DNA from: Gammaproteobacteria bacterium
GTDB taxonomy: Bacteria > Pseudomonadota > Gammaproteobacteria > Steroidobacterales > BM003
Length of the DNA stretch: 25,946 nt
NCBI GenBank assembly: GCA_041571575.1
Contig: JBFFTZ010000001.1
Coordinates: 1-25,946, forward strand
Reading direction: 5' to 3'
The notes under the pieces are model-generated. The model made no database searches. It saw only the letters and a program-made list of their open reading frames with translations, and was not told where the DNA came from. Made by a program: the position numbers and the translations under genes. Position 1 is the first letter of the stretch, and each line of letters begins with the position of its first letter. Shown here one piece after another: positions 7,877-17,463 of the stretch.

Positions 7877-8530
7877 ATGCCCAAGGCATTTACACTGGTG
7901 ATCGGTAACCGAAACTATTCATCCTGGTCGTTGCGAGCCTGGTTGCCTCTTCGCAAATCGGGTGCGGACTTCGATGTGGTGCGTATTCCCATGGATACTG
8001 ATGAATTTCAGCGCCGCATTGGAGAGTATTCTCCTACCCGGCGGGTGCCCGTGCTCAAGGCAGGCGATTTGACCATCTGGGACTCGCTTGCGATCTCTGA
8101 ATACCTGGCGGAACAGTTCAGCGAGGCCCGGTTATGGCCGGATGATCCGTCTCACCGGGCGATAGCCAGGAGCATTTGTGCGGAAATGCATTCTGGCCTG
8201 ATGGCCATGCGGGATGAGTTTCCGATGAATTGCCGGGGGCGGGATCGCAAGGTGCAGGCCTCACCCCAGGCCATGCAGGACCTGGCCCGGGTCGAGCAGT
8301 GGCTGGAGACCTGCCGGGGACTGAAACCTGGTAGCGGGGCCTTGTTTGGTCACTTTACGATTATAGATTCCATGCTGATCCCGGTATTATTACGCTTCAA
8401 TACCTATGGACTGGCCACGAGCGACCTGGCTAAAGAGTACCTGGACTGGGTGTTGGCTGACGCAGATGTGCGTGAGTGGATGGAACTTGCGGAGAAGGAA
8501 ACTGAAGTCATTGAGCATGAAGAACGTTAA
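7877..8530 (+). CDS. Glutathione S-transferase family protein
   Basis: N-terminal IGNRNYSSWSLRAWL, RVPVL, IWDSLAISEYLAE, ARSICAEMHSG, LFGHFTIIDSM; SD GGAG upstream. Confidence 0.9.
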   Translation: MPKAFTLVIGNRNYSSWSLRAWLPLRKSGADFDVVRIPMDTDEFQRRIGEYSPTRRVPVLKAGDLTIWDSLAISEYLAEQFSEARLWPDDPSHRAIARSICAEMHSGLMAMRDEFPMNCRGRDRKVQASPQAMQDLARVEQWLETCRGLKPGSGALFGHFTIIDSMLIPVLLRFNTYGLATSDLAKEYLDWVLADADVREWMELAEKETEVIEHEER

Positions 8531-9500
8531 AACACAATTCAGAACAGGCCGTGCGCTGCTAATTATTGCCGCGACACTGGCGTCTCCTGTGGCCCCGGCT
8601 GCTACCTACGTGCTTCCGCCGGCAGATATAGACCTGATCGGTGCCATCACTACGGTGGAGGCCACCCACGAGGAAACCCTGCTGGATATCGCCCGTGCGC
8701 ATGGTGTGGGGTTCGAAGATATCGTAACTGCGAATCCGGACCTGGATCCGTGGATTCCCGGCGAGGGTGCCACCGTGGTACTGCCTACTCGTTTCATATT
8801 GCCGCGCGCGCCTCGTGAGGGCGTGGTGCTGAATCTTCCTGAATTACGCATGTACTACTATCCGAAGCCGGTTAATGGGGAGGCGCCGGTGGTGGTGACG
8901 TACCCGATCAGTATCGGCCGCATGGATTGGCAGACGCCCCTGGGCCAAACCCGGGTGACCAAGAAGGTCAGGAATCCGTCCTGGTACCCTCCCGAGTCCA
9001 TTCGCAGGGAGCATGAGGAGGATGGCGATCCCTTGCCGAAGATTGTTCCGGCCGGTCCGGATAATCCTCTGGGTGCCTTCGCCATGCGGCTAGGCATCCC
9101 CGGTTACTTGATACACAGCACGAACAAGCCCGCCGGCGTGGGGATGCGCGTAACCCACGGCTGCATCCGAATGTATCCCGAGAATATCGAGGCCTTGTTC
9201 GAGCTGGTTCCGGTGGGTGAGAAGGTGCTGATCATCAACCAGCCTTACAAGGTGGGTTGGTCCCTGGATGCGTTGTACCTGGAAGCTCACCAGCCACTGG
9301 AGGAAGATGCCGAGACCCTGGGCAAGGATTTGACCTCGGTGACTGAAATGCTGGTGGCCGCCACGGCCCGAAGAAATGGTCCGGTGGACTGGGACCTGGT
9401 CAGGGAAATTTTCGATCGTGCTGATGGTCTTCCCGGACGGATGTCGGATTCATCATCCGGACTTCAGGATGCGGGTGAGATAGCCGTGAATGCGTTATAA
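8517..9500 (+). CDS. L,D-transpeptidase (ErfK/YbiS/YcfS/YnhG family) with signal peptide and LysM-like domain
   Basis: Signal peptide ending ASPVAPA; LysM-like ETLLDIARAHGVGFEDIVTANP; YkuD motifs LNLPELRMYYY, YPISIGR, GPDNPLG, catalytic IHSTN...THGCIRM. ATG 8517 preferred over the ORF-track start 8406. Confidence 0.92.
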   Translation: MKNVKTQFRTGRALLIIAATLASPVAPAATYVLPPADIDLIGAITTVEATHEETLLDIARAHGVGFEDIVTANPDLDPWIPGEGATVVLPTRFILPRAPREGVVLNLPELRMYYYPKPVNGEAPVVVTYPISIGRMDWQTPLGQTRVTKKVRNPSWYPPESIRREHEEDGDPLPKIVPAGPDNPLGAFAMRLGIPGYLIHSTNKPAGVGMRVTHGCIRMYPENIEALFELVPVGEKVLIINQPYKVGWSLDALYLEAHQPLEEDAETLGKDLTSVTEMLVAATARRNGPVDWDLVREIFDRADGLPGRMSDSSSGLQDAGEIAVNAL

Positions 9501-9537
9501 ATAAAAGCTATTGCTCCAGGGCATGAAAATCAGGCAT

Positions 9538-9576
9538 AAAAAAACGCCGCGGGGTTGAAGCCGCGGCGTTTTTTTT
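9538..9576. terminator. Bidirectional intrinsic terminator
   Basis: A7-CGCCGCGG-ggttgaag-CCGCGGCG-T8 between two convergent genes. Confidence 0.9.
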
Positions 9577-9591
9577 ACTCAAGTAATCAGA

Positions 9592-9912
9592 TTACTTGCG
9601 CATGGCCTTTTCGAACATGCGGTCAATCTTTTCAGCGTTGCGATCGCAGCAAGCCTGGGCTTCGGCAGCAGCACGAGCAGCCTGGTCGGCAGTGCTCTGG
9701 GCGCTGGAGGCCATCTGCTTGGCATCACTGGCAGCGCGGCTGGCGGCATCAGCTGAAGACTTGGCTGAGTTAGCGGCAGCTGTTGCTGAATCAGCAGCGG
9801 CCTGTGCGGCAGCTACGGCGTCTTTCAGTTCCTGGTTTGCACAACCAGAAGCCAGTGCCAAGGCCAGGGCCAAGGTTCCGACTTTCATTGCATTCTGCAA
9901 TTTCTTGTTCAT
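9592..9912 (-). CDS. Lpp/OprI-like alanine-zipper outer-membrane lipoprotein
   Basis: Lipobox LASG-C24; +2 Ala (outer-membrane sorting); A-x-x-x-A heptads; C-terminal EKIDRMFEKAMRK ending in Lys as in OprI/Lpp; SD AGGGG; adjacent to an L,D-transpeptidase. Confidence 0.88.
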   Translation of the reverse strand: MNKKLQNAMKVGTLALALALASGCANQELKDAVAAAQAAADSATAAANSAKSSADAASRAASDAKQMASSAQSTADQAARAAAEAQACCDRNAEKIDRMFEKAMRK

Positions 9913-10003
9913 CTATAGATCCCCTAAATTCATATATTCAGTAAGAAAGCTTTCTTGCGCTCTAGTGGACAAGACAATGCTGCCTCGCACCAAACGCTAG
10001 GAA

Positions 10004-10032
10004 ACGATAACGAATTGACCCTAAGTAAGCAA
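10004..10032 (-). promoter_or_regulatory. Sigma70-type promoter for the lipoprotein gene
   Basis: Minus strand TTGCTT (10032-10027) - 17 nt - TATCGT (10009-10004); predicted leader about 85 nt. Confidence 0.55.
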
Positions 10033-10159
10033 GGGGAATATACCTACTCGGGTGCTGGAAAACTTTTCTTTTTCATAGACTAATAGCAAATGGGCTGAGA
10101 ATTTTTGTGGTGGGAGGGGAGTTTTTCCCCGGCGGTGACGGATGAGTGTGGGCAGGGGC

Positions 10160-10214
10160 TTGCCAGGTACCCGAGTTAGCTGTATATATTCACATGTACT
10201 GTCTATGTATACAG
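10160..10214 (+). promoter_or_regulatory. lexA promoter with tandem SOS boxes
   Basis: Box 1 CTGTATATATTCACAT (10180-10195, last base off-consensus); box 2 CTGTCTATGTATACAG (10199-10214, perfect CTGT-N8-ACAG); -35-like TTGCCA at 10160-10165, with a TATATA/TATATT -10 region inside box 1. Confidence 0.85.
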
Positions 10215-10223
10215 GAAGCAAGT

Positions 10224-10841
10224 ATGAACGAATTAACCCCCCGCCAGCAGAGAGTTCTGAACTTCATCCGGGATTTTATCGAAGAGACGGGCATGCCTCC
10301 CACGCGGGCGGAGATTGCCCGGGACCTGGGTTTCAAATCGGCCAATGCAGCGGAAGAACACCTCAGGGCATTGGAGCGCAAGGGAGCTATCGCGCTGATG
10401 GCAGGCACTTCAAGGGGTATCCGCCTGTGTGACTCCCTGCGCGATCAGATGGGCTTGCCACTGGTTGGGCGGGTGGCGGCAGGTCATCCGATTCTTGCCG
10501 AGCAACATATCGAAGCCCGCTACCAGATCGATCCAGGGATGTTTAATCCCAAGCCTCATTACCTGTTGCAGGTACATGGTATGAGTATGCGGGATGCCGG
10601 TATTCTGGACGGGGACCTGGTGGCGGTTCACCGCACACCGGAAATTCGTAACGGCCAGATTGTTGTCGCGCGACTGGAGGACGAAGTTACCGTCAAGCGT
10701 TATCGCCAGGAAGGCAAACTGGTCTGGTTGCTGCCAGAAAATACGGATTTTGCGCCAATGCGACTGGACTTGAGGGAACAGCCGCTGGTGATTGAAGGCG
10801 TGGTCGTCGGCGTTATGCGCAGGAATGTCAGCAAGTCGTGA
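10224..10841 (+). CDS. lexA: SOS repressor LexA
   Basis: wHTH LTPRQQ...[27 protein letters not shown]; cleavage site VAAG; catalytic Ser (GMSM) and Lys (VTVKR). ATG 10224 follows SD AGGA. Confidence 0.97.
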   Translation: MNELTPRQQRVLNFIRDFIEETGMPPTRAEIARDLGFKSANAAEEHLRALERKGAIALMAGTSRGIRLCDSLRDQMGLPLVGRVAAGHPILAEQHIEARYQIDPGMFNPKPHYLLQVHGMSMRDAGILDGDLVAVHRTPEIRNGQIVVARLEDEVTVKRYRQEGKLVWLLPENTDFAPMRLDLREQPLVIEGVVVGVMRRNVSKS

Positions 10842-11464
10842 AAGAAGCTTTGGAAACGCTCTTGCATAATCCAGGCGTATGGCGGGGCCGCAGTGGCCGC
10901 GCTGTACCCGCCCAGCCCAGCGGCTTCGCCTGGCTGGATGCATCGTTGCCCGGTGGGGGCTGGCCCCTGGGCGCCCTGAGTGAAATCGTTCTCGATTGCT
11001 ACGGCCTGGGAGAACTGCGTTTGTTATTACCCGCCTTGCGGCAACGAGTACAGGAAGGTGGTGAGCAGGGCTGGCTGGTTTGGATAGCACCGCCGTTTAC
11101 GCCTTATGCCCCCGCCCTGGCGGATGCTGAGATAGACCTGTCACGCATCCTGGTTGTGCATGCCACCAGTGCCAGCGATGGCCTGTGGGCTGCGGAACAA
11201 GCCTTGCGCAGTGGCCAGTGTGCCGCTGTCTTGCTGTGGGCGGATCGCGTGCCTGTTCCCTCCCAGAGGCGTTTGCAACTGGCGGCTGAATCCAGCGCCT
11301 GCATGGCGGTGCTGTTTCGTCCGGCTCGCGCCCTGGGAGAGCACTCGGTAGCGGCACTGCGCCTGCACTTGAGTGCTTCGGGGCAAGGGTTACGAATACA
11401 TATACTGAAGAACCGGGGGGGCCAGCCGATGGTGTTGGACAAGCCGGACTTTTTATTGCCTTGA
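10838..11464 (+). CDS. imuA: Translesion synthesis accessory protein ImuA (SulA/RecA-like)
   Basis: VWRG...[50 protein letters not shown]; GTGA overlap with the lexA stop. Confidence 0.92.
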   Translation: MKEALETLLHNPGVWRGRSGRAVPAQPSGFAWLDASLPGGGWPLGALSEIVLDCYGLGELRLLLPALRQRVQEGGEQGWLVWIAPPFTPYAPALADAEIDLSRILVVHATSASDGLWAAEQALRSGQCAAVLLWADRVPVPSQRRLQLAAESSACMAVLFRPARALGEHSVAALRLHLSASGQGLRIHILKNRGGQPMVLDKPDFLLP

Positions 11465-11488
11465 TTCGGCCAAGTCGCTGTTATCCGC

Positions 11489-13039
11489 ATGGCAAAATTA
11501 CAGGAGAAATCCCTCCCCCTTTTTCCGAATGAACTCCCGGTTCCCGCCCCGCAGCCTGTAAATCGATCTCCCACTCATATTCCATCAAGCGCAAACGAAC
11601 AGTTGTGGCTGGCCCTGCAATTACCCCGCCTGGCGCTGGATATTTTTGCTCCCAGCGATGAGGCCGTGGCCGTGGTGGAAGGAGAGGGCAGCCATCGCTC
11701 CCTGGCGGCCTGTAATGCTCCGGGTCTTGCTGCGGGGTTGTACACGGGGATGGGACTTAACGCCGCCTTCGCCCTGGCCCCCGAGTTGCGGGTCCTGGAA
11801 CGTGATCCTGATCGTGAACAGGCGAGCCTGGAGCGCCTGGCAGCCTGGGCCGGGCAATTCACCTCCTGGGTCAGCCTGGTGCCACCGAATGCCTTGTTGC
11901 TGGAACTCAGGGGAAGTCTGCGCCTGTTTGGTGGGTTGGCGGCCCTGCAAGCGCGGATTGTCGGGGAGTTGGAAACGCTGGGTTACCAGGTCATGCGGGG
12001 TCTGGCTCCCACACCCATGGGTGCGTTGTGGTTGTCCCGGGCGCCCCGACCTCAAGGGGCGCTGACAGATACGACCGCACTTGCCAGTAGCCTGGGGTGT
12101 TTGCCGCTGGAGTGCCTGGGTTGGGATACCCGGCAAAGCGAACAGCTTTACCGTATGGGTGTGCGTTCTATCGCGGACTGCCTGCGTTTACCCCGGGATG
12201 GTTTCGCCCGACGGTTTGGTCCGACGCGACTGGGAGAACTGGACAAGGCCCTGGGCCGCAGGCCTGACCCTCGACCCGGCTTTGTGGCGCCCCAGCGCTT
12301 TCGGGGTGAAATTGAATTACCTGCAGAGACCGAGTTCAGTACCCGCTTACTGCTGCCCCTGGAGAGACTGGTAGAGGAAATGGTGGGCTTGCTGCGTTCC
12401 CGTGAGGGGGGTGTGGACCGCCTGCGCCTGAGTTTGTTGCATACCGATGGACCGCCCACCCGCATTGCCTTGCAACGCCTGTCCCTGACCCGGGACCGCA
12501 CCCATTTGCTGGGGCTGCTGTCAGGACGCCTGGAGCAACAAGTGCTGCCTGCACCGGTGCTTGCCCTGATCCTGGAGTCCGGGGTCATAAGGGAATTGTC
12601 CGGACCCGCCAGAGGCTTGCTGGGGGATGCCCAGGCTGAGGACAAGGGGGCTATCCCCATGTTGGTTGAGCGGCTTCGCGTACGGCTGGGCGATGACGCG
12701 GTCCATGGTTTATGCCTGGTGCCCGAGTATCGCCCGGAGGCTGCCTGGCGACGCAGCGGGCGTGGCAGCAGCCTGGTCAGTGAACCCGGGCAGGGTGTGG
12801 CCAGGCCCTTGTGGATGCTGGATACGCCCCAGGCCCTGGGACAACGCAATGGGCAGCCCCGCCATGGTGGACGGTTGTGCCTGCTCTCCGGGCCCGAACG
12901 CATCGAGACCGGCTGGTGGGATGGCGGTGACGTGACCCGGGATTACTACCGGGCCCGGACGACGCAGGGCGAATTGCTGTGGATTTTCCAGGACAGGCGC
13001 AATCGTGGTGGTTGGTACTTGCATGGAATATTCGGGTGA
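11489..13039 (+). CDS. imuB: ImuB, catalytically inactive Y-family polymerase homologue
   Basis: [38 protein letters not shown]-terminal [12 protein letters not shown]...RDYY...WYLHGIFG; position in the cassette. Confidence 0.92.
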   Translation: MAKLQEKSLPLFPNELPVPAPQPVNRSPTHIPSSANEQLWLALQLPRLALDIFAPSDEAVAVVEGEGSHRSLAACNAPGLAAGLYTGMGLNAAFALAPELRVLERDPDREQASLERLAAWAGQFTSWVSLVPPNALLLELRGSLRLFGGLAALQARIVGELETLGYQVMRGLAPTPMGALWLSRAPRPQGALTDTTALASSLGCLPLECLGWDTRQSEQLYRMGVRSIADCLRLPRDGFARRFGPTRLGELDKALGRRPDPRPGFVAPQRFRGEIELPAETEFSTRLLLPLERLVEEMVGLLRSREGGVDRLRLSLLHTDGPPTRIALQRLSLTRDRTHLLGLLSGRLEQQVLPAPVLALILESGVIRELSGPARGLLGDAQAEDKGAIPMLVERLRVRLGDDAVHGLCLVPEYRPEAAWRRSGRGSSLVSEPGQGVARPLWMLDTPQALGQRNGQPRHGGRLCLLSGPERIETGWWDGGDVTRDYYRARTTQGELLWIFQDRRNRGGWYLHGIFG

Positions 13040-16000
13040 ACGCCTGTCAGTATGCGGAACTTCACTGTCTGAGTAATTTCACCTTCCTGCGGGGTGCCTC
13101 CCATGCGGAAGAGTTGGTGAACCAGGCGGTAAAGCTGGGTTACCAGGCCCTGGCCATTACTGATGAGTGCACGGTTGCCGGGGTGGTACGTGCTTACGTG
13201 GCCGCTCGGGATACGTCCCTGAAACTGATTATTGGCAGTGAGTTTCGGCTCAATGATGGTTTGCGCCTGGTGGTGTTGGCCTGTAATCGATCCGGCTATG
13301 CACAGCTATGCCAACTCATCAGTCGTGGCCGAAGGGCTGCCGAGAAAGGCAGCTACAGCCTGGACAGGGCGGACCTGGGCTTGTTGGGTGATGCCTGCCT
13401 GCTCTTGTGGTTGCCCGGTGCTCAGCCGGACCCCGGTGAAGGCCACTGGCTTAAACAGCACTTCCAGGGACGCTTGTGGGTGGCTGTTGAGTTGTTGGCG
13501 GACGGTAATGACCGCCAGCGTCTACACGCTCTACAGAAACTGGGAGGTGAATTGGGCTTGCCCCTGGTCGCCGCGGGAGACGTGCATATGCATGTGCGTG
13601 GCCGTCGGGCGCTGCAGGACACGCTGACAGCCATTCGGCACGTCACGACGGTCCAGGATGCCGGTTGGCGGCTGTACCCCAATGGAGAGCGTCACCTGCG
13701 TTCCTGGAGCAGCCTGCGGGCTACCTATCCCCGGGAACTTTTGGAGCAGACCTTGCGTGTGGCGAGCCGCTGTACATTCTCCCTGGACGAATTGCGTTAC
13801 GAGTATCCCGGCGAACTGGTTCCCGATGGCTATACACCTGCGTCCTACTTGCGTGAACTTACCGAGACCGGCATTCGCCGGCGCTGGCCTGATGGGCTGT
13901 CCACCGAGCTGCGACAGCAAATCGAACACGAACTTTGCCTGATAGAGGAGCTTCACTACGAACCCTATTTCCTGACAGTGCACGACATTGTCCAGTTTGC
14001 CCGTGCTCGCGGAATTCTCTGCCAGGGCAGGGGGTCTGCCGCCAATTCGGCAGTGTGTTATTGCCTGGGCATCACAGAGGTGGATCCTGCCCGCATGGCC
14101 ATGTTGTTTGAACGGTTTATTTCCAAGGAGCGTGACGAGCCGCCGGATATTGATGTGGATTTCGAGCATGAACGCCGGGAAGAGGTTATCCAGTACCTGT
14201 ACAGAAAATACGGCCGTGAACGTGCCGCCCTGACCGCTACCGTGATCAGTTACCGGGGAAAGAGCGCGGTGCGCGATGTGGGCAAGGCCCTGGGTCTTGA
14301 CGGGCTGCAAGTGGAACGCCTGGCCCGCAGCATGCGCTGGACACGTAATGGCGTCATTGACGAGGACCGGGTGAGGGAAGCGGGCTTTGATCCACACTCC
14401 CCGACGCTGCGACGCCTGATGGTGCTGGTGGGTGAAATTATCGGATTTCCCAGGCACCTGTCCCAGCATGTGGGTGGTTTCGTGATATCCCGGGGCCCCT
14501 TGTGCGAACTGGTCCCCATCGAGAATGCATCCATGCCGGAGCGTACCGTCATCCAGTGGGACAAGGATGACCTGGACGACCTGGGCCTGCTCAAGGTGGA
14601 TGTGCTGGGTCTTGGCATGCTCTCTGCCATTCGTCGTTGTTTTGACCTGGTCAGGGAAGTGCGCGGCCTGGACCTGAGCCTGGCCAGCGTACCCGCTGAA
14701 GATGCCGCCGTGTACGACATGATTTGCAAGGCAGATACCGTGGGGGTGTTTCAAATTGAATCCCGGGCCCAGATGGCCATGCTGCCTCGCTTGAGACCAC
14801 GCTGTTATTACGACCTGGTGATCGAGGTGGCGATTATTCGCCCGGGTCCCATCCAGGGAGACATGGTGCATCCCTACCTGCGGCGGCGTTGTGGTGAAGA
14901 GGCTGTCAGCTATCCGAGCCCGGAGGTGGAGAGCGTGCTGGAGCGTACCCTGGGTGTGCCTATTTTCCAGGAGCAGGTGATGCAGCTGGCGATGGTGGCA
15001 GCGGGTTTTTCTGCCGGGCGGGCAGACAGCCTGCGCCGGGCCATGGCTGCCTGGAAACGCCGTGGCGGTCTTGGGGCATTCGAGCAGGAACTGATCCAGG
15101 GAATGCGGAATCGGGGTTATGGCGAGAATTTTGCTCAACAGGTATTCAAGCAGATAGAGGGTTTTGGGGAATACGGTTTTCCCGAATCCCACTCGGCCAG
15201 TTTCGCACTCCTGGTGTATGTCTCCGCCTGGTTGAAATGCCATGAACCATCGGCCTTTGCCTGCGCGCTGATCAACAGTCAACCCATGGGGTTTTATTCG
15301 CCCTCTCAGTTAATACAGGATGCCCGACGCCATGGAGTAACTGTGCTCCCGGTGGATGCGATGCTCAGCCAGTGGGAGTGCACCCTGGAGCCCTGTGAAG
15401 GCTCCCAGCCTGCCTTGCGTCTTGGTTTAAGACTGGTGCGAGGCCTGTCCAGTGAGGCTGCTCGTCGCCTGGTGGATGCCAGGCAGCAAGGCGCCTTTTT
15501 ACATGCCCAGGACCTGGCCGAGCGTGCAGAGCTGGATCGAGGGGAGTTGGGTATGCTGGCGGCAGCCGATGCCCTGAAAAATCTTAGCGGTAACCGCCAT
15601 CACAGTTACTGGCAGGTGGCCGGTGTTGAGAAGCCCAGCGAGCTGTTTCCCCAGTGGCGCGTGGCAGAGGGCGAACCCTTGCTCAATCGTCCCACCGAGG
15701 GTGAGGAAGTCGTTGCGGATTACAACCACCTGGGATTAACGCTGCGTCGCCATCCTCTTGCGCTACTAAGAGATAAACTCGATCGGGCCTGCATGCTTAC
15801 CGCAGAACAACTGTGGGAGATACCTGACGGTCAGTGGATGCGTACCGCCGGATTGGTGGTGACCCGGCAGCGACCTGGCAGCGCCTCCGGAGTGACCTTC
15901 GTCACCCTGGAGGATGAAACCGGAAATGTGAACCTGGTTATCTGGAAGGATTTGGCAGAAAAACAGAGAAAGGTTTTATTGGGCTCACGACTGATGGGCG

Positions 16001-16113
16001 TGCGGGGGCGGGTGCAGCGTGAGGGAGATGTGTTGCATGTCATTGCTCACAGGCTGGAAGATTACACATCGCTGCTGGGTAGTCTGATGACGCGATCCCG
16101 GGACTTCCATTAA
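13036..16113 (+). CDS. dnaE2: Error-prone DNA polymerase DnaE2 (ImuC)
   Basis: [45 protein letters not shown]-terminal SRDFH signature; GTG start overlapping the imuB stop (GTGA). Confidence 0.96.
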   Translation: MNACQYAELHCLSNFTFLRGASHAEELVNQAVKLGYQALAITDECTVAGVVRAYVAARDTSLKLIIGSEFRLNDGLRLVVLACNRSGYAQLCQLISRGRRAAEKGSYSLDRADLGLLGDACLLLWLPGAQPDPGEGHWLKQHFQGRLWVAVELLADGNDRQRLHALQKLGGELGLPLVAAGDVHMHVRGRRALQDTLTAIRHVTTVQDAGWRLYPNGERHLRSWSSLRATYPRELLEQTLRVASRCTFSLDELRYEYPGELVPDGYTPASYLRELTETGIRRRWPDGLSTELRQQIEHELCLIEELHYEPYFLTVHDIVQFARARGILCQGRGSAANSAVCYCLGITEVDPARMAMLFERFISKERDEPPDIDVDFEHERREEVIQYLYRKYGRERAALTATVISYRGKSAVRDVGKALGLDGLQVERLARSMRWTRNGVIDEDRVREAGFDPHSPTLRRLMVLVGEIIGFPRHLSQHVGGFVISRGPLCELVPIENASMPERTVIQWDKDDLDDLGLLKVDVLGLGMLSAIRRCFDLVREVRGLDLSLASVPAEDAAVYDMICKADTVGVFQIESRAQMAMLPRLRPRCYYDLVIEVAIIRPGPIQGDMVHPYLRRRCGEEAVSYPSPEVESVLERTLGVPIFQEQVMQLAMVAAGFSAGRADSLRRAMAAWKRRGGLGAFEQELIQGMRNRGYGENFAQQVFKQIEGFGEYGFPESHSASFALLVYVSAWLKCHEPSAFACALINSQPMGFYSPSQLIQDARRHGVTVLPVDAMLSQWECTLEPCEGSQPALRLGLRLVRGLSSEAARRLVDARQQGAFLHAQDLAERAELDRGELGMLAAADALKNLSGNRHHSYWQVAGVEKPSELFPQWRVAEGEPLLNRPTEGEEVVADYNHLGLTLRRHPLALLRDKLDRACMLTAEQLWEIPDGQWMRTAGLVVTRQRPGSASGVTFVTLEDETGNVNLVIWKDLAEKQRKVLLGSRLMGVRGRVQREGDVLHVIAHRLEDYTSLLGSLMTRSRDFH

Positions 16114-16248
16114 GCCTCCCCCAGGCTGGACTTTTCCTTTTGTTTCGAGGTCTCTGCGAAAAGTGTTCCTGTTACTGACCAGGGGCCTGTGCCAAATCAG
16201 CTTGGGACGGATACACACCTGCCCATGCAAGCGGGACGGGCAGTGCGT

Positions 16249-17463
16249 CTAGCCGATTAACTGGTTGAACTGGAACAACGGCATGAGCATGGCCATGACG
16301 ATAAACAGCACCACTACACCCATGAGAATGGTGAGCAAAGGTTGCAGGGTATTCAACAGCGCACCAATGATGCTGTCCATTTCCCGTTCCTGGTTGATGG
16401 CCGCGCGCTCGAGCATGACCTCAAGTTCACCACTGGCCTCACCGCTTGATATCAGGTGCAGGGTCATGGGAGGGAATAGCTTGCTGACCGCCAGGGAGCG
16501 GCCGATTGCTGCGCCTTCACGAACCCTTGCCGCCGCCGCTTCCACGGCTTCCTTCATGGGAATATTATTGACAACTTCACCGGCGATTCTGAAAGAGTCC
16601 AATACCGGCACACCGCTGGCGGCAAGGATGCTCAAAGTGCGAGTGAGCCGGGCCGTATTCAGGCCCTGCACAAGTTTGCCAATCAGAGGCAGTCGCAACT
16701 GCAGCAGATGAAAACTGCGTTTCGGGCCTGGCTGGCTCAGGTAGGCTCGAAGGCCAAAAAACGCCCCCAGGATTCCCAGCAGCAACAGCGGCCACCATGC
16801 TACGACGAAATCACTGCTACTAATCAAGACCCGGGTCATGAGCGGCAGGATCTGGCCACTGCTGGCGTAGACATCCACGACCTTTGGGACTACGAAGGCC
16901 AGCAAAAATGAGACGATCAGAATGGAGAATACGGTGAGGATAATTGGGTAAACCAGGGCGCCCCTGACTTTCTGGCGAGTAACCTGTCGGTTCTCCGTGT
17001 AGTCAGCAAGTCTTTCCAGGATCTCGTCCAGGTGCCCTGACTGCTCTCCTGCGGCCACCGTCGCGCGGTAAATCTCAGGGAACGCATGAGGGAAGTCCGC
17101 GAAACCACTGGCCAGGGTGTGGCCTTCCATGACTTTCGAGCGAACACCCATCAGGATGCTTTGCACCTTGGGCCGGTCGTTCTGTTCACTCACGGCCTTC
17201 AGAGCTTCCTCCAGGGGTAGTCCGGAGCGCACCAGGGTGGCAAGCTGTCGCGTCACCAACGCCAGGTCGTTGGCAGTGATGCTCTTGCTGACGCCTATAC
17301 GTCGGGCCCGCCTGGGACCTTCCTGGGTAATTTCCGAGACATCAACTGGCAGCAAGCCGCGTTCGCGCAGTAACTGTCGTACTTGACGGGCAGTATCGCC
17401 CTCGATGAGGCCGCGCTGTTCGCGACCGTTTTTATCGATGGCCTTGTAGTCAAATGCGCCCAT
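16249..17463 (-). CDS. gspF: Type II secretion inner-membrane platform protein GspF
   Basis: MGAFDYKAID, TRQLATLVRSGLPL, AGEQSGHLDEIL, ALVYPII, SGEASGELE; TAATG overlap with gspE. Confidence 0.95.
   Translation of the reverse strand: MGAFDYKAIDKNGREQRGLIEGDTARQVRQLLRERGLLPVDVSEITQEGPRRARRIGVSKSITANDLALVTRQLATLVRSGLPLEEALKAVSEQNDRPKVQSILMGVRSKVMEGHTLASGFADFPHAFPEIYRATVAAGEQSGHLDEILERLADYTENRQVTRQKVRGALVYPIILTVFSILIVSFLLAFVVPKVVDVYASSGQILPLMTRVLISSSDFVVAWWPLLLLGILGAFFGLRAYLSQPGPKRSFHLLQLRLPLIGKLVQGLNTARLTRTLSILAASGVPVLDSFRIAGEVVNNIPMKEAVEAAAARVREGAAIGRSLAVSKLFPPMTLHLISSGEASGELEVMLERAAINQEREMDSIIGALLNTLQPLLTILMGVVVLFIVMAMLMPLFQFNQLIG

Noticed and set aside
7656-7889. Two short minus-strand ORFs (77 and 66 aa) in the AT-rich spacer
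   Set aside because: No recognisable motifs or clear SD; they overlap the GST start and a likely regulatory region.
8406-8516. N-terminal extension of the L,D-transpeptidase
   Set aside because: It overlaps the GST gene by more than 120 nt and would bury the signal peptide that begins at ATG 8517.
10167-10214. LexA2-type GTAC-N4-GTRC box
   Set aside because: Two GTAC words occur, but neither has the second half-site at the right spacing.
10146-10223. 26-aa extension of LexA
   Set aside because: It runs through the promoter and SOS boxes; ATG 10224 matches the family start and has an SD.
10410-12903. Antisense ORFs of 150-250 aa over lexA, imuA and imuB
   Set aside because: Shadow frames of GC-rich genes, with low-complexity Arg/Pro/Ser-rich translations.
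13531-15282. 583-aa antisense ORF inside dnaE2
   Set aside because: Fully nested opposite a conserved gene; long stop-free antisense frames are common in GC-rich codon-biased genes; no domain recognised.
16206-16246. CTGCCC...GGGCAG inverted repeat as the gspF/dnaE2 terminator
   Set aside because: Short stem, long loop and no U-tract on either strand.
10160-16248. Mutasome cassette as a mobile island
   Set aside because: No integrase, transposase, tRNA target or flanking direct repeats were seen.
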